64,000 nt of DNA, taken from the human T2T-CHM13v2.0 reference genome, Homo sapiens. The notes under the pieces were generated by a model that worked only from the letters and a program-made list of their open reading frames with translations, was not told where the DNA came from and did not search any database. Of this stretch, positions 41,661-53,230 are shown in pieces. Where the stretch lies: assembly GCF_009914755.1 (NCBI RefSeq), contig NC_060932.1; one strand, written 5' to 3'. Made by a program: the position numbers and the translations under genes. The first letter of the stretch is position 1. Every line of letters begins with the position of its first letter.

Positions 41661-42304
41661 AATATAATATGAATAATATATTAATGTGACTGCCTACAGC
41701 AACTTGTTTTAGGTATGTTTAGTAATTTCATGCAAGGGAAATTGTATCAAACACAGGAAAATTTATTGGAATCACAGCATATTGCTATTTTTTTCACTTG
41801 TCCCCAAGTGTTAATCTGGGGTTCCAGTACGAATAAGATGAAATAAGCAGGTAATTTCTCTCTATGCCATGTTTATTCTCTTTTCTTTCCCCCCCTCTCT
41901 TGCTTTGTTCTTTTGATATATTAAGCAAAGCAGAGACAAATATGAGTGACAGACTGTCATTGAGAAACCTCAGGGGAGAATTTTTATGAGTTTATGACAT
42001 CTTTGTTAATAAGCACTTAAAATTAACATCTTACAAGATGTTAACAGAGAAATGTTGTGAACTCCAGGGCAACTTGAGCTGTTTCATATGCATGTGTTTT
42101 CAAGGTAACTGAGCTTTTCCTTTTCATTATGCATAATTTATTTTGCTTAGTTTATATAGTACCCACCATCATTGATCCGACCTCTTTCTTGTTGTTAATG
42201 TACCTTTACTAAGGTGAGGGAGATGTTCTGTTAATACCAGAAAAGCAGGTTGTTACTTAAAACTCTAAAAAAGTGGCCTGGTTTTCTTAGTTTACTTATG
42301 ATTT

Positions 42305-42828
42305 TGTCCAATATATCCTTTGCTGCATTAAAAAACTCAAAACCTAGTGGCCTTGAATAACTATTTTATGTAGGTCAGGATTTTCTGCGTCAGGATGTTG
42401 GGAAGGGCACAGCTGGATGGTTTGTTTTCCATCCACACCTGGGGCTGGAAGACCCACTTGTAAGATGTCGTCTTCACTCACATGTGCAGCACCTTGATTC
42501 TCTGTGACCAGTCCTTCCACATGACATATTATCCTAAATGGTCTTTCCATGTGGCTTGGACTTCTCACAGCACAGTGCTATCAGGGTAGTCATGCTTCTT
42601 TTATGGCAGCTGATTTCCAAGAGCCAGTGTTTTAAGAGACAGGAAAATGAGAACTGCCAGTCTCTTTAGGACTTGACTGGCGAATTGGCATGCAGTCCCT
42701 TTCTCCATATTCTATTGGTTAGTGCAGTTACAGAGTCTACCCAGATTCGTTGTGGCAGGGCACAGACTTTACCTCTTAATAGGAAGAGTGCCAAAGAATT
42801 GATGACCAATTCAATTTTAATTTGCCCA
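42305..42828 (-). mobile_element. MLT1 (G/H-like) solo LTR
   Basis: 'ctcaaaacctagtggcc', 'ggcttggacttctcacagca', 'ccatattctattggtt...cccagattc'. Confidence 0.75.
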
Positions 42829-43256
42829 AACTCCCCCTTTTTTTTGAACAACTTGAGCAAGATCCTAAAGACTGTATTGGGAAGTTTTTGAAAGTCATCA
42901 ATCAGCTCAAACCTCAAAGTGAACCTTCCTTCCTTGTTATCAATTAACCTGTGCTTCTGTGCTAAGCCCAAAACTTAATTTTCTTTACTTTGTTAGGAAA
43001 TTCCTGCCCAGGAGGGAACTCTCTGAATATCCAATGCAGCTTCTGTTCTTCATTTTCCCCCTAGCAGCCTATTATAATCTAACCATCATTCCCCAAAGTT
43101 CTGCTTATCCTTTCTTCCATAGAAGCCTTTTGAAAGTAGCTTACTTAGTCTTCCATCTTGGTGCATGTCAAGCAGAGTGAAGTATCCTCCAAGAACATTG
43201 TTATGCAGTGCTACTATTAACGTTGGGTGTTATTTCCAATTCTTTGGCTCTCTTAC

Positions 43257-43771
43257 TGATGTGGTCTGAATGTATCCCCTGAAAATCATATGTTGAAACA
43301 CAATCGCCAATGTGGTAATATTTACAGGCAGGGCTCTTAGGAAGTGATTAAGTCATAAGGATGGAACCCTCATGAATGAGATTATAAAAGGTCATGAGTG
43401 ACCTTATAAAAGGGCTGGATGGAACTAGCTAGGCCCCTTTTGCTCTACCATCCCTTCCACCAAGTGAGAAAACAGAGTTTTCTCCTCTTGAGGTTGGCTT
43501 ACAAGGTGTTGTCTTGAAAGCAGAGATGGGGCCCTCACCAGACACTAAACCTGGGGAGTCTTGATCTTGGACTTCCCAGCCTTCAGGCTAGAGTGCTGTG
43601 GCATGACCTTAGCTCACTGCAAACTCCGCCTCTCTGATACAAACAATTCTCCTGCCTCAGACTCTCAAGTAGCTGGGTTTATAGGAGTGTGCTACCACGC
43701 CCGGTTATCTTTTCTTTATAAATTACCCAGTCCTGGGTATTTTGTTATAGTGGCACAAATGGACTAAGACA
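43257..43771 (+). mobile_element. MST (MSTB/D-like) MaLR solo LTR containing an Alu fragment
   Basis: 'tgatgtggtctgaatgtatcccc...ataaattacccagtc...ggactaagaca'; 5-bp TSD cttac/cttat. Confidence 0.88.
43584..43707 (-). mobile_element. Alu right-arm fragment, no tail, no TSD
   Basis: 'caggctagagtgctgtggcatgaccttagctcactgcaaactccgcctc...ttctcctgcctcag...ccacgcccggtta'. Confidence 0.88.
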
Positions 43772-43948
43772 CTTATTCTATCAGTATGGGAGAGCATGCT
43801 TTACCTCGTTTGCCTATTTTCCCCACAACCAAGCTACTCCAGGAATGTGATTAGTGCTCCATATATTAGCTACGTAATGAATTGTGATAAAATTCTCTTT
43901 AAACACTTATGAGCTTACTCACATTTTTTCCTACTCCCTTTACTACTA

Positions 43949-44691
43949 CAGTACTCCCTCCTTATCTTTTGGGGATACATTCTACAATCCCCGTTGGATG
44001 CCTCTGGGCATCCAACTGGGTAGTACTGAACCCTGTTGTCACCAGTTGGAACACATTTTTGTTCATGACTTCCACTGACTAATTTAATACCTTTTCTGTC
44101 TTAACTGAGCACTTATCATGGTCTGTGGCCAATCATATTTCAGTTTGAGGTATGACAGCAAAAGTAGCATGAATTTCTTTTTCCTTGAAAATTTCATGGA
44201 TGGAAGATGTATTCTTATCGTAGATCTTACTGTAGCAACATCAACAAAGTTTTTTTTTTTTTCCTCTCCTTATTCAACTGGGAACTTTAGCCCTTTCACT
44301 TAAAGGAAGAACTTAGCAGCTTTTCTATGGCCAATCCAAATTGCCTGCATGACTATTTTTGCACTTTCAGGCCATTAAGAAGTAAAGTAAGGGTGACTTG
44401 AACACAAGCTCTGTGATAATGTGACAGTCGGTCTGAGAACTGAGATGGTTCCTAAGTGACTAATGGGTGGGGAGCATCGACAGCATAGATCCACTGGACA
44501 AAGAGATGATTAGTGTCCTGGGTGGGACAGACTGGGATGGCATGAGATTTTACCATCTACCCAGAGTACCACACTTCTTTAAAATATAAATTTTTTTATT
44601 TCTAGAAGTTTTCATTTAACATTTTCAGACCAAGATTGACCATGAGTAACTGAACTGTGGAAAAAGAAACCACAGATGAGGGGGGCTACTG
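43949..44691. mobile_element. MER44 (C/D-like; Tigger7 family TcMar) DNA transposon
   Basis: TIRs cagtactccctccttatct / agatgaggggggctactg; preceded by TA; ~740 bp. Confidence 0.85.
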
Positions 44692-44699
44692 TGTTTCTC

Positions 44700-45325
44700 T
44701 TTTGGCTGCCATCATCTCTTGTTCATCTACAGTCTCTTAATTGATTTCCCTGTTAACCAGTTTTATCTCCCTCCTCTCTGCACTGCATCTGAAAGGATCA
44801 TCTTAATGTAAAAATCTAATGATATGATTTCTCAGCTTAAATTCCTTTAATTAATGGCTTTGTTACCACGAGAAAAAAGTCAAATACCTGACAAGCCTCT
44901 GAATGACAGCTGCTGCTTTCCTCTGGCTTTATTCTGACCTGTTTCCTTTTCTCACTTGATGTCACAACAGTGTGAATTATATTTGTCCCCCTAACAAGCT
45001 TTGCTCATTAACCCCAGACTGCTGGGCAAAATGAACATTGGGTTGCAACACTTTTCACTTTGCTTTGCTTCTCTCTTGCCTCTACCACATCTTAGGTCTC
45101 AGATTGGATGATGGGGCCTTCCCTGACCCACCGAAGCAGGTTAATTCTAATTTTGTGCAGTCTCATTTTACCCTCTTATTTCCCCCAGGATAGATGTATT
45201 GAATATTACTGTGTTGGCTTTGCTTATTTCCTAGTCTGTATCTCCTGTTAGATTACAAGTTTGAGGGAGTAGAAACTTGAGTTATTTGAATGCTCTATTG
45301 CTAAAACCTAGAACGGTGCCTGGTA
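44700..45325 (+). mobile_element. L2 LINE 3' region
   Basis: 'catcatctctt...aaaatctaatgatatgatttctcagcttaaattcctttaa...agattacaagtttgagggagtagaaac...cctagaacggtgcctgg'. Confidence 0.65.
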
Positions 45326-45482
45326 AATCCAACCCTCCAGCCCCCACCATGAAGAATCAGTTGTGGGAATAAGTAAAGCCAATTGTATATATGCTTTGGC
45401 TGATGGTATGATCCTCTGGGTCAAGAAATTATCACTGAAATTTTCATTGAGAACATGCTTTTGCTGACTAGAAGCTATCAAG

Positions 45483-45527
45483 CTTCCTTCCTTCCATCCT
45501 TCCATCCTCCCTTCCTTCATTCCTTTC
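45483..45527. repeat. degenerate (CTTC/CATC)n polypyrimidine tract
   Basis: cttccttccttccatccttccatcctcccttccttcattcctttc. Confidence 0.85.
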
Positions 45528-45677
45528 TTGTTTCTTTGCTTATTACCTTCTTGGTAGTGAAAAAAAAGCAGGTAAGATTCCCATATGAGTGACTTCCACA
45601 TCAACAGGAAGTTACTGCCATTTCTCACAACATCTTCCCATATTTATATCAAATTTGGAGCACTGGGAAAATTTTCT

Positions 45678-45716
45678 CCTGCCCCCAGATCTTTGCTTAC
45701 TATCTAGACTTTTAGA
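45678..45716 (+). repeat. dispersed direct repeat A (39 bp), copy 1
   Basis: 37/39 identical to 47462-47500. Confidence 0.95.
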
Positions 45717-45732
45717 ACAAGTTCCCTGTTTC

Positions 45733-46272
45733 CAGAAATACCATTTGACCCAGCAATCCCATTACTGGGTATATACCCAAAGGAATATAATTCATTCTAT
45801 TATAAAGATACATACATGCGTATGTTCATTGCAGCACTGTTCACAATAGCAAAGACATGGAATCAACCCAAATGCCCATCAACGATAGACTGGATAAAGA
45901 AAATGTGGTACATATACACCATGGGATACTATGCAGCCCTAAAAAGGAATGAGATCGTGTCCTTTGCAGGGACATGGATGAGCTGGAAGCCATTATCCTC
46001 AGCAAACTAATGGAAACACAAAACGAAACACCGCATGTTCTCATTTAAAAGTGGGAGCTGAACAATGAGAACACAGGGAGGGGAATAATACATACTGAGG
46101 CCTGTTTAGTGGTGAGGGTCAGGGGAAGCAGAACATCAGGAAAAAATATCTAATGTGTGCTGGGCTTCATACCTAGGGTGATGGGTTGATAGGTACAGCA
46201 AACCACCATGGCACATGTTTACCTATTTAACAAATCTACATATCCTGCACATGTACCCTGGAACTTAAAAAA
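45733..46272 (+). mobile_element. 5'-truncated L1PA (PA8-13-like) 3' end
   Basis: ORF 45816 MFIAALFTIAKTWNQPKCPS.IDWIKKMW matches the L1 ORF2p C-terminus, later frameshifted; 3' UTR 'gcaaaccaccatggcacatgtttacc...ctgcacatgtaccctggaacttaaaa'; degenerate TSD agttccctgtttcc/agttcccccttcc. Confidence 0.95.
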
Positions 46273-46625
46273 GTAGTTCCCCCTTCCTGTCTGCTGTATC
46301 ATGTATTTAAATCATAGTCCAATATTCATCCCTCCTTCAAGGAGTGTTCCAGTCATTCTATTCCAACTCTTTCCTTATGAGACATTCTTGTATTTCTGAG
46401 ATACACAATTATGTCCATTGACTGAAATTTATGTTTTGCTATTTATAAAATTATAGAAACTAGTACTGTATTTTTTGGTATTTTTGTGGAGCCAATATCA
46501 CAGTAAGCTTTTATTGGCACTGGGTTTTTATATGAATGAGTTAAGAATTGGTATATTTAAAAATTATGATTCCCATGAATAGATAAGGTACAGGTAGAAA
46601 ATGGCCATAGAGACTATAAACCTTG

Positions 46626-46790
46626 GGCCAGGCCTGGTGGCTCACACCTGTCGTCCCATGTACTCAGGAGGCTGAGGCAGGAGGATCACTTGAGCCCAGT
46701 AGTTCGACGCTGCAATCAGCTGTGATTGCACCACTGCACTCTGTCTGGATGGCCAAGCAAGACCCTGTCTTTAAAAAACAGACAAAAACA
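46626..46790 (+). mobile_element. free Alu monomer (FRAM/FAM-like)
   Basis: single right-arm-type monomer with A-rich tail; flanks gactataa/gattataa. Confidence 0.85.
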
Positions 46791-47461
46791 GATTATAAGA
46801 CTCTTCAAGAAAAAGGTAGTATATTTGTTTTTGAATGCAAATATTTTTATTTTGCTGTGTGTTCTTGTTTTAACACTTAGCAAAGATCTGGCCAGTGTGA
46901 CCGTGTGGCTTCTTTTCTTCCTCAAACATGGACTGTGAAGTCTCTCAAAACAAATTATTCACCCATCTACCAGCTTCTATGTGATTGCCAAACCATGGGA
47001 TGCAATGACTTCATCACCCCTTTAGAATACAAGTCTCTTTGAATGTATCTTTATTCGTGGACCATCACAATGTTATCAAAGTTTCTGTGTGAAGAGATTG
47101 TGGGTCTTGTGACAATCTTGTATGTGAACACCAATGTTCTTTGACATGGGACATTCTGATTAACTGAATAGCCTGATTACTAAAGTTTCCACTTATACCA
47201 TACATGGATTACTTAGTTTTGCAAAATATAGTGAAATAAGGTTTCTCCTTTCTTTGAATACCTGTATTACGTCTTATATATTCTCTAGCCCCTCAGCAAT
47301 GAGTACAGTAGTTTATTCAAACTAAATTCTACATCACGTTCATTAAAAAGATGTATTTCTGAAATCCATTTTTTATATGAGGATTCAAAATTTTAGTGTC
47401 TAAAATTATGAATACTGATTATCATTATAACATAAAAGCCTGGAAGTTGGGCTTGATTTGC

Positions 47462-47645
47462 CCTGCCTCCAGATCTTTGCTTACTATCTAGATTTTTAGA
47501 TAATGAAGACCTGAACTTTAATGCAGTGAGCCAAATTACTGGACCATTCTGACAATGGAAATAATTAGGCTCTCAGGTATAGATGCTTTTTAAATTCTTC
47601 ATTTTGAATTATTCTCAGACTTACAAAACAGTTGCAAAAACAGAA
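47462..47645 (+). repeat. chimeric A+B segment (copies of 45678-45716 and 50110-50253)
   Basis: 47462-47500 matches A (37/39); 47502-47645 matches B (138/144). Confidence 0.95.
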
Positions 47646-48784
47646 GAGTTTCAGAGTTTCTTTTTTTTCTGAATTACTTGAAATTATTCTGGTTTGCAAA
47701 CTCAAATAATAATGCACTAGAAAATTAGTTTCTTCTAGAGGGTTTTTTCATGTCCCTGTGCCATTTAACAGTTCCTTTCCCTGTCCTTGAGAGCTCTGTC
47801 TGCAGCTCATTTATCAAGCTCTGATCAGATGCTGTGCATATCTCACCATGTCCCAACATCAGTGTTGTCTCTGATTTCCTTTTACATACAAATGTGAATC
47901 ACCTTTCCAGAAGATTGTAACATATTGAATTCCTATAATTCATACTAGAAGCTTTCATTTTTGTAGGGAGGGCTTTCATTAGAGAATCTCTCTATCCTAA
48001 ATTTTGTCAAATCCTTCCTTCCTTTAAAGCAGCTTTTGCGAACTTCATTAAATCAGAGTTATGGAAGATGTGGGCTCTGGTCTTGGGCTTTGCTGAGCTG
48101 CTGATTGGCTTGATGCACAGCTCGGCATATTCTCTGGAATGCTGAGTGTGTTCCAGAATTCTATACTCTGTCTTGTTTTAGTGCATCGTCTATAGGTTAC
48201 CAGTCATTACTTGGAAGGAAAATTGTCTTCTATGTTCTGTGTGTCCACATTTCAACTACAGCTGTGTTGTAAGTCAAGTATGTGCATCTTTGAATTCAAT
48301 CTATTAATTTCTGCTGTGTGAGTACATATTTTAGGAGTCTGGGAAACTATATGGGCATGGTGGCAGTGGCAAACTGTGGCTATATCCATATGAATGTATG
48401 TTCCAAGAACTGATGTGAAATTGGCAATATATATTTTTTAAAACACACATTGCAGCTACTGACAATGTGTAGTTTAAAACTCCTACTGTGTTTTCTGCTT
48501 GGTTTCCCCAGATGGGAGAACTGTGATTGGAACACTATTGCAAAATTACTCTTGCTTTAGATAGCTTTATTTTTATTCAAGTTGCTTTTAAAAAGATTTT
48601 TTAAAATATACTCTCAAACATCAAAAGCACATTTGGGCTCATTTTTGAAGAAGGAAAATAAATTTAATGGATGCCAAAATGTCTGAAAACTAGCATGCTT
48701 GCCAGGATTGTGATAATGGTATGTGGATGATGAGGGAGTTTCAGGGTGGTTGCAAATATTAAACAAGGTTCAATCATCTGCTAA

Positions 48785-48945
48785 TGAAATGGGAAGAGCT
48801 TTGGACTGGGAGTTAGAGGACCTGGGTTCTGGTCTGGGCTCTGTTCCAGTTTACCTTATCTACTTTCTTCATGCAAATATTGTCACCTTTCTCTGCTCTG
48901 TCAACTCATTTGTAGAAAAAAAGGATGGACTGTATGATGTCTAAG
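48785..48945 (+). mobile_element. MIR-family fragment
   Basis: 'gggaagagctttggactgggagttagaggacctgggttctggtctgggctctg'. Confidence 0.7.
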
Positions 48946-50109
48946 AAGACCTAACTATGGAATCTCATGGCTGTCCTTGATTTTAAAGTGAACAGTAAAT
49001 AAAATAAATGGAGCAATGTGACCTTATGTTAAGACTGTGTAACCTCCATGAGACAACACACATTCAGGACAAAAGTCGCAAAAAAGGTCATTCGTCTAAG
49101 TGTCTTATCTCAGAGACCATCAGGAAGTCAACTCGGAATGCTTAGAAATCCCTCACTAATGGAGTGATTTCTTTTCGGTGGGGTATTGACTGTCATTGAC
49201 ACCAGTAGCAAAGCACTAATGGAAATGCACAGATGCATGAGGAGGTGATTAGCTTGCAGCCAACTGAGTCTGTGGAGGAGGCAATTTGGGTTCTCAGAAT
49301 CACTTATGCAGCTTCTCTTTCATTCCTCAGAGATGAAATTTTCCAGTCTTGTCCACCATTTTCAATAGTGTGAAGCTTAGCAACAGCTTTAACTGGCCAT
49401 CTGCTTCAGTTATTAAATTAGACCTCGAATATAATTCTGCCTAGAACAGCCCAAATGAGTAAAAGATGCTTCCAAAAATGCATATTGACCATATATCAAT
49501 TATGTGCTATATTGCATTTTATTCAAAGGTACACATCTTTTCATTTTAAGTTCTGAATTTGGTTATTTGTCGGTGGCATCTTCCAATTAAAATTGGTAAA
49601 CCTTACGCAATTAGTGGCAAATAAAATCTTGATACATCTTAACATTCAGTAATATCTTTGATTTGATGGGTTATAGTATTAATCTGTAGTATCAGACATG
49701 ATCTAAGTTTCTTTTTAGGAAAATATTTATAATAGAGACAGAAAACCTCCATTAATATGGTTGGGATGTTGGATGTGGAGGAATTTTGCTAAAAATAACT
49801 CTTTCACAAGTTGCATTTCGCAATTGAATCAACTGTCTCATGCCACTCCTCTGCAGCCCTTGCCTGTTCACTTTACTAGCTAGTAAAAAGTGTTTTATGG
49901 AATTAGAACTCTTTAAGTAAATGGATTTTCCTTTTTGCAAATGCACTTCCTTACAAGAAAATAGGTGTAAAGCACTTAGCCCAGAGCCTGACACAGAATA
50001 AATGGTAACCATAAAGTGCCTTCTGGGTAGAGCACTTTCTAGCTAAGTGCATAGGTTTTGCATTTCCATATTTAGCTTTCTGTGAGGGTAGCTGTGTCTC
50101 ACCAGGGGC

Positions 50110-50253
50110 AATGAAGACCCTAACTTTAATGCAGTGAGCCAAATTACTGGACCATTGTGACAATTGAAATAATTAGGCTCTAAGGTATAGATGATTTTTA
50201 AATTCTTCATTTTGAATTATTCTCAGACTTACAAAACAGTTGCAAAAACAGAA
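50110..50253 (+). repeat. dispersed direct repeat B (144 bp), copy 2
   Basis: 138/144 identical to 47502-47645; runs on into the L1MC element. Confidence 0.95.
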
Positions 50254-50353
50254 TTCCTGTAAATCTGTCTCATTCCCCAAACTGACATTTTCAAGAACCA
50301 CACGCAATTATCAACATCATGAAATTAACATGATATAATACTCTTTTCTAATT

Positions 50354-50551
50354 CAGAGATTAGTATGCCTTTTCAGTAAAGGGCCAGAGAATAAATATTT
50401 TTGGCTATGTTGGCTGTAAGTTCTTCATCTCATCTCTCATTTCTGTTGTTGTTGTAGCTATGAAAGATACTTATAAGGATAGTAATGGCTGTGTTTCCAA
50501 AACCTTAATTATAAAAATAGGTGACCAGCCAGCCTTAGTTTACCAACCCAT
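50354..50551. mobile_element. MER58A-like hAT MITE
   Basis: 'gtaaagggccagagaataaatattttt ggc...tggctgtgtttccaaaaccttaattataaaaatagg...tagtttaccaaccc'. Confidence 0.75.
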
Positions 50552-50746
50552 AAATCCACAAATCGTATTTCTAATTTCACAGTTTTCCTACTAATATCCT
50601 TTCTCTGGTCCAGAGTCCAATCCCGGGTCACGTGTTGCAAGTTGTTGTCCTCATCTTAGTCTCCAATTTGGAACAGTTTCTTCATCTGTTTTTATATTTA
50701 ATGACTTCAAAACTTGGGAAGCATATTAACCTGTTATTTTTTAGGC

Positions 50747-51116
50747 TGTATTAGTCCATTTCCACGCTGCTGATAAAGACATACCCGAGACTGGGCAATT
50801 TAGAAAAGGAAGAGGTTTAATTGGACTTACAGTTCCATGTGTCTTGGGAAGCCTCCAAATCATGGTGGAAGGCAAGGAGGAGCAAGTCACATCTTACATG
50901 GATGGCAGCAGACAGAGAATGAAGAGGACGAAAAAGTGGAACCCCCTAATAAAACCATCAGATCTTGTGAGACTTATTCACTACTATGAGAACAATATGG
51001 GGAAAACCACCCCCATGATTCAATTATTTCCCACTGGGTCCCTCCCATAACACATGGGAATTATGGGAGTACAATTCAAGATGAGATTTGGATGGGGACA
51101 CAGCCAAACCATATTA
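50747..51116 (-). mobile_element. THE1 (THE1C-like) MaLR solo LTR
   Basis: 'tgtattagtccatttccacgctgctgataaagacatacccgagactggg...ggggacacagccaaaccatatta'; TSD taggc/taagc. Confidence 0.95.
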
Positions 51117-51518
51117 TAAGCTATATGTCCACTTGGGCATCTCTGGTATTTCTTCAGGGTTGTATTTAGATTGTGCATTTTCATTATGCATAGCACAGAT
51201 ATGATGTTGTGGCCTTCTCTGCATTGTATTAGGAGGCACAATCTTAATTTGTCCCATTATTGGTGATGCTAAACTAAGTCATTTGGTTAACATGTTATCT
51301 GCCAGGTTTCTCCCCTATAAGCTTGTTTTTCTGCTTGTAATTTAGAAGTTACAATTTTCCCTTTGTAATTATCATATGGTTGTGCTTTAAGAACACATAA
51401 AATATTGGTTCTCTTTATTCTTTTTCCCATTAATTTTAGCATCTAGTGATGATTCTTTCCTTAAATAGTTAATACTGTGTTTTTTGCCAAATGGTGACAT
51501 TTAAATTTTATTATTCTA

Positions 51519-51812
51519 GGCTAGGCATGGTGACTTACAGCTGTAGTCCCAGCACTTTGGGAGGCTGAGGTGGGAGGATTGCTTGAGGTCAGGAGTTTGA
51601 GACCAGCCTGGCCAACATGGCAACACTCTGCCTCTAATAAAAAACACAAAAATTAGACAGGCGTCTCAGGCCTCCAAGTAGCTAAGCTTGGGAGAACTGC
51701 TTGAACCCAGGAGGCAGAGGCTGCACTGAGCTGAGGTCATGCCACTGCACTTCAGCCTGGGTGACAGAGCGAGACTTTGTCTCAAAAATGAACTAATTAG
51801 ACAAATAAATAA
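51519..51812 (+). mobile_element. Alu (Jb/old S) with internal micro-inversion
   Basis: dimeric Alu; TSD taaatttt(c)attattct; right arm rearranged at 51665-51690. Confidence 0.93.
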
Positions 51813-53205
51813 ATTTTCATTATTCTTTCTATATTTGTCACTTGGTACTCTATGGTAAAGACATGCTTTCTCTTATACTTTCTTTATATTAGCATGAGCT
51901 CATGGATTATTATGCTTTTGGTTCAGTTTTCATTGCTGTCATGTATTTTGTTGGTCAAAATTATCCCATATTTGCCTGCTATGAGGCCCCTGGAATGAGC
52001 TGCTGTCTTCTTTTGATGTCCCCATCATTTTCTAAAGCACTTTTCCTATTTTATGATACCACAAGCTATTCCAGGCTCATCTTGTGCTTTGCTTGCTCTG
52101 ACCCTGGAATTAGGGTGTTTTACCAATGATTCCTGGTTGCTTTTATTACAGAATAGTATTTGGAAACCATGGTTGGGGAGTAAGGCATGTTATTGTTATT
52201 GGAGTACCATTGGTTTCAGGCCTTCTCAGTGAACAGGACTAGAAAATGTATGTACATACACATGCACATACATACACATATATACACACATTTGTATACA
52301 TTTCCATACCTATCAGTATATATACTAAAATCCACAAGTTTATCGCAGTACCTCTAATTTCAATTTGACATAACAAGAACCTACCCCTTTGCTATTTCTT
52401 TATTTCTAACTCTTTTCCATTGTGGAAGTTGGCTACCATTATAAATGATATGCTTGCTTATTTGTTAATCAAGGAATATAGAAAAGTAGTATTGAAATTT
52501 CTAACCCATACCCCTGTGAAAGAAAATCTATCTGTGTGAAGTTCTTTTCATCTTCATAGAGTCAATTTACTATTTCCAAGGTCATATAGATTATCTCAAC
52601 ACTTCAGTGTGGATCATGCTATGCATTTATAATAGAGTTAGTTTCACTTGTTTGTAGTGGTATGTCATCTTCTCATCTTTAATTATTATATAATGTGTGA
52701 AACATGATCATAGTTCTGAAGTCAGATATACATGAGAAGTTATACTCGGAGAAATACCTCCTTCCCATCCTTTCAGCCTCAATCCCGATTGCTCATTCTT
52801 ACCATTCCATTCCCATTATCTCCTAGGTGTAGCCAATCTCATTAGTGTCTGGTATATCCCTCCTGTGTTTCATTTTGCACAACTGAGCAGATGCATAGAT
52901 TTTTTTTATACAGTCTTCTATCTTCAGCAGTAGGAGAGACGTTGGGTTAACTTTTGTACATTCTCACAATGGAGGGCTATGTAGCTGTCACAGAGGATGA
53001 AGATCTCTGTGAACTAATATAGCAATAATTCCAAGATATATTGGTATCTGAAAAAAACCAATGCATGAAGAACAGTTTTAAGAAAAGATTCCAACTGGAA
53101 GCCCCTACAACATGTACTGCCACACAGTTCTTTCCCTACCCCTGTTTTTGTCCAAAATTCTTTCACTGGAGGATTATCTTCTTAGGCTTTCATGCCATCC
53201 CCTGC

Positions 53206-53230
53206 AAAAAAAAAAAAAAAAAAAAAAAAA
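53206..53230 (+). repeat. A25 homopolymer
   Basis: direct reading. Confidence 0.95.

Larger units (their letters stand above)
50208..52900 (-). mobile_element. L1MC-like (L1MC4/5) 3' region, interrupted by MER58A, THE1 and Alu
   Basis: 'attttgaattattctcagacttacaaaacagttgcaaaaa', 'ctggtccagagtccaatcc', 'ttccaggctcatcttgtgcttt...gaccctggaattag', 'aggccttctcagtgaacaggactagaaaatg'. Confidence 0.75.

Noticed and set aside
45816-46010. ORF with clear protein similarity
   Set aside because: It is the frameshifted C-terminus of L1 ORF2p in a 5'-truncated L1PA, not a gene.
48455-48724. Exon-like unit with branch-like tactgac, acceptor ttccccag and donor ATG|GTATGT
   Set aside because: Stop codons in all three frames within 55 nt and an AT-rich body; nothing supports it beyond the motifs.
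49143-49172. Small hairpin agaaatccctc/gagtgatttct as a possible miRNA or structured RNA
   Set aside because: An 11-bp imperfect stem is too short for a pre-miRNA and is plausible by chance.
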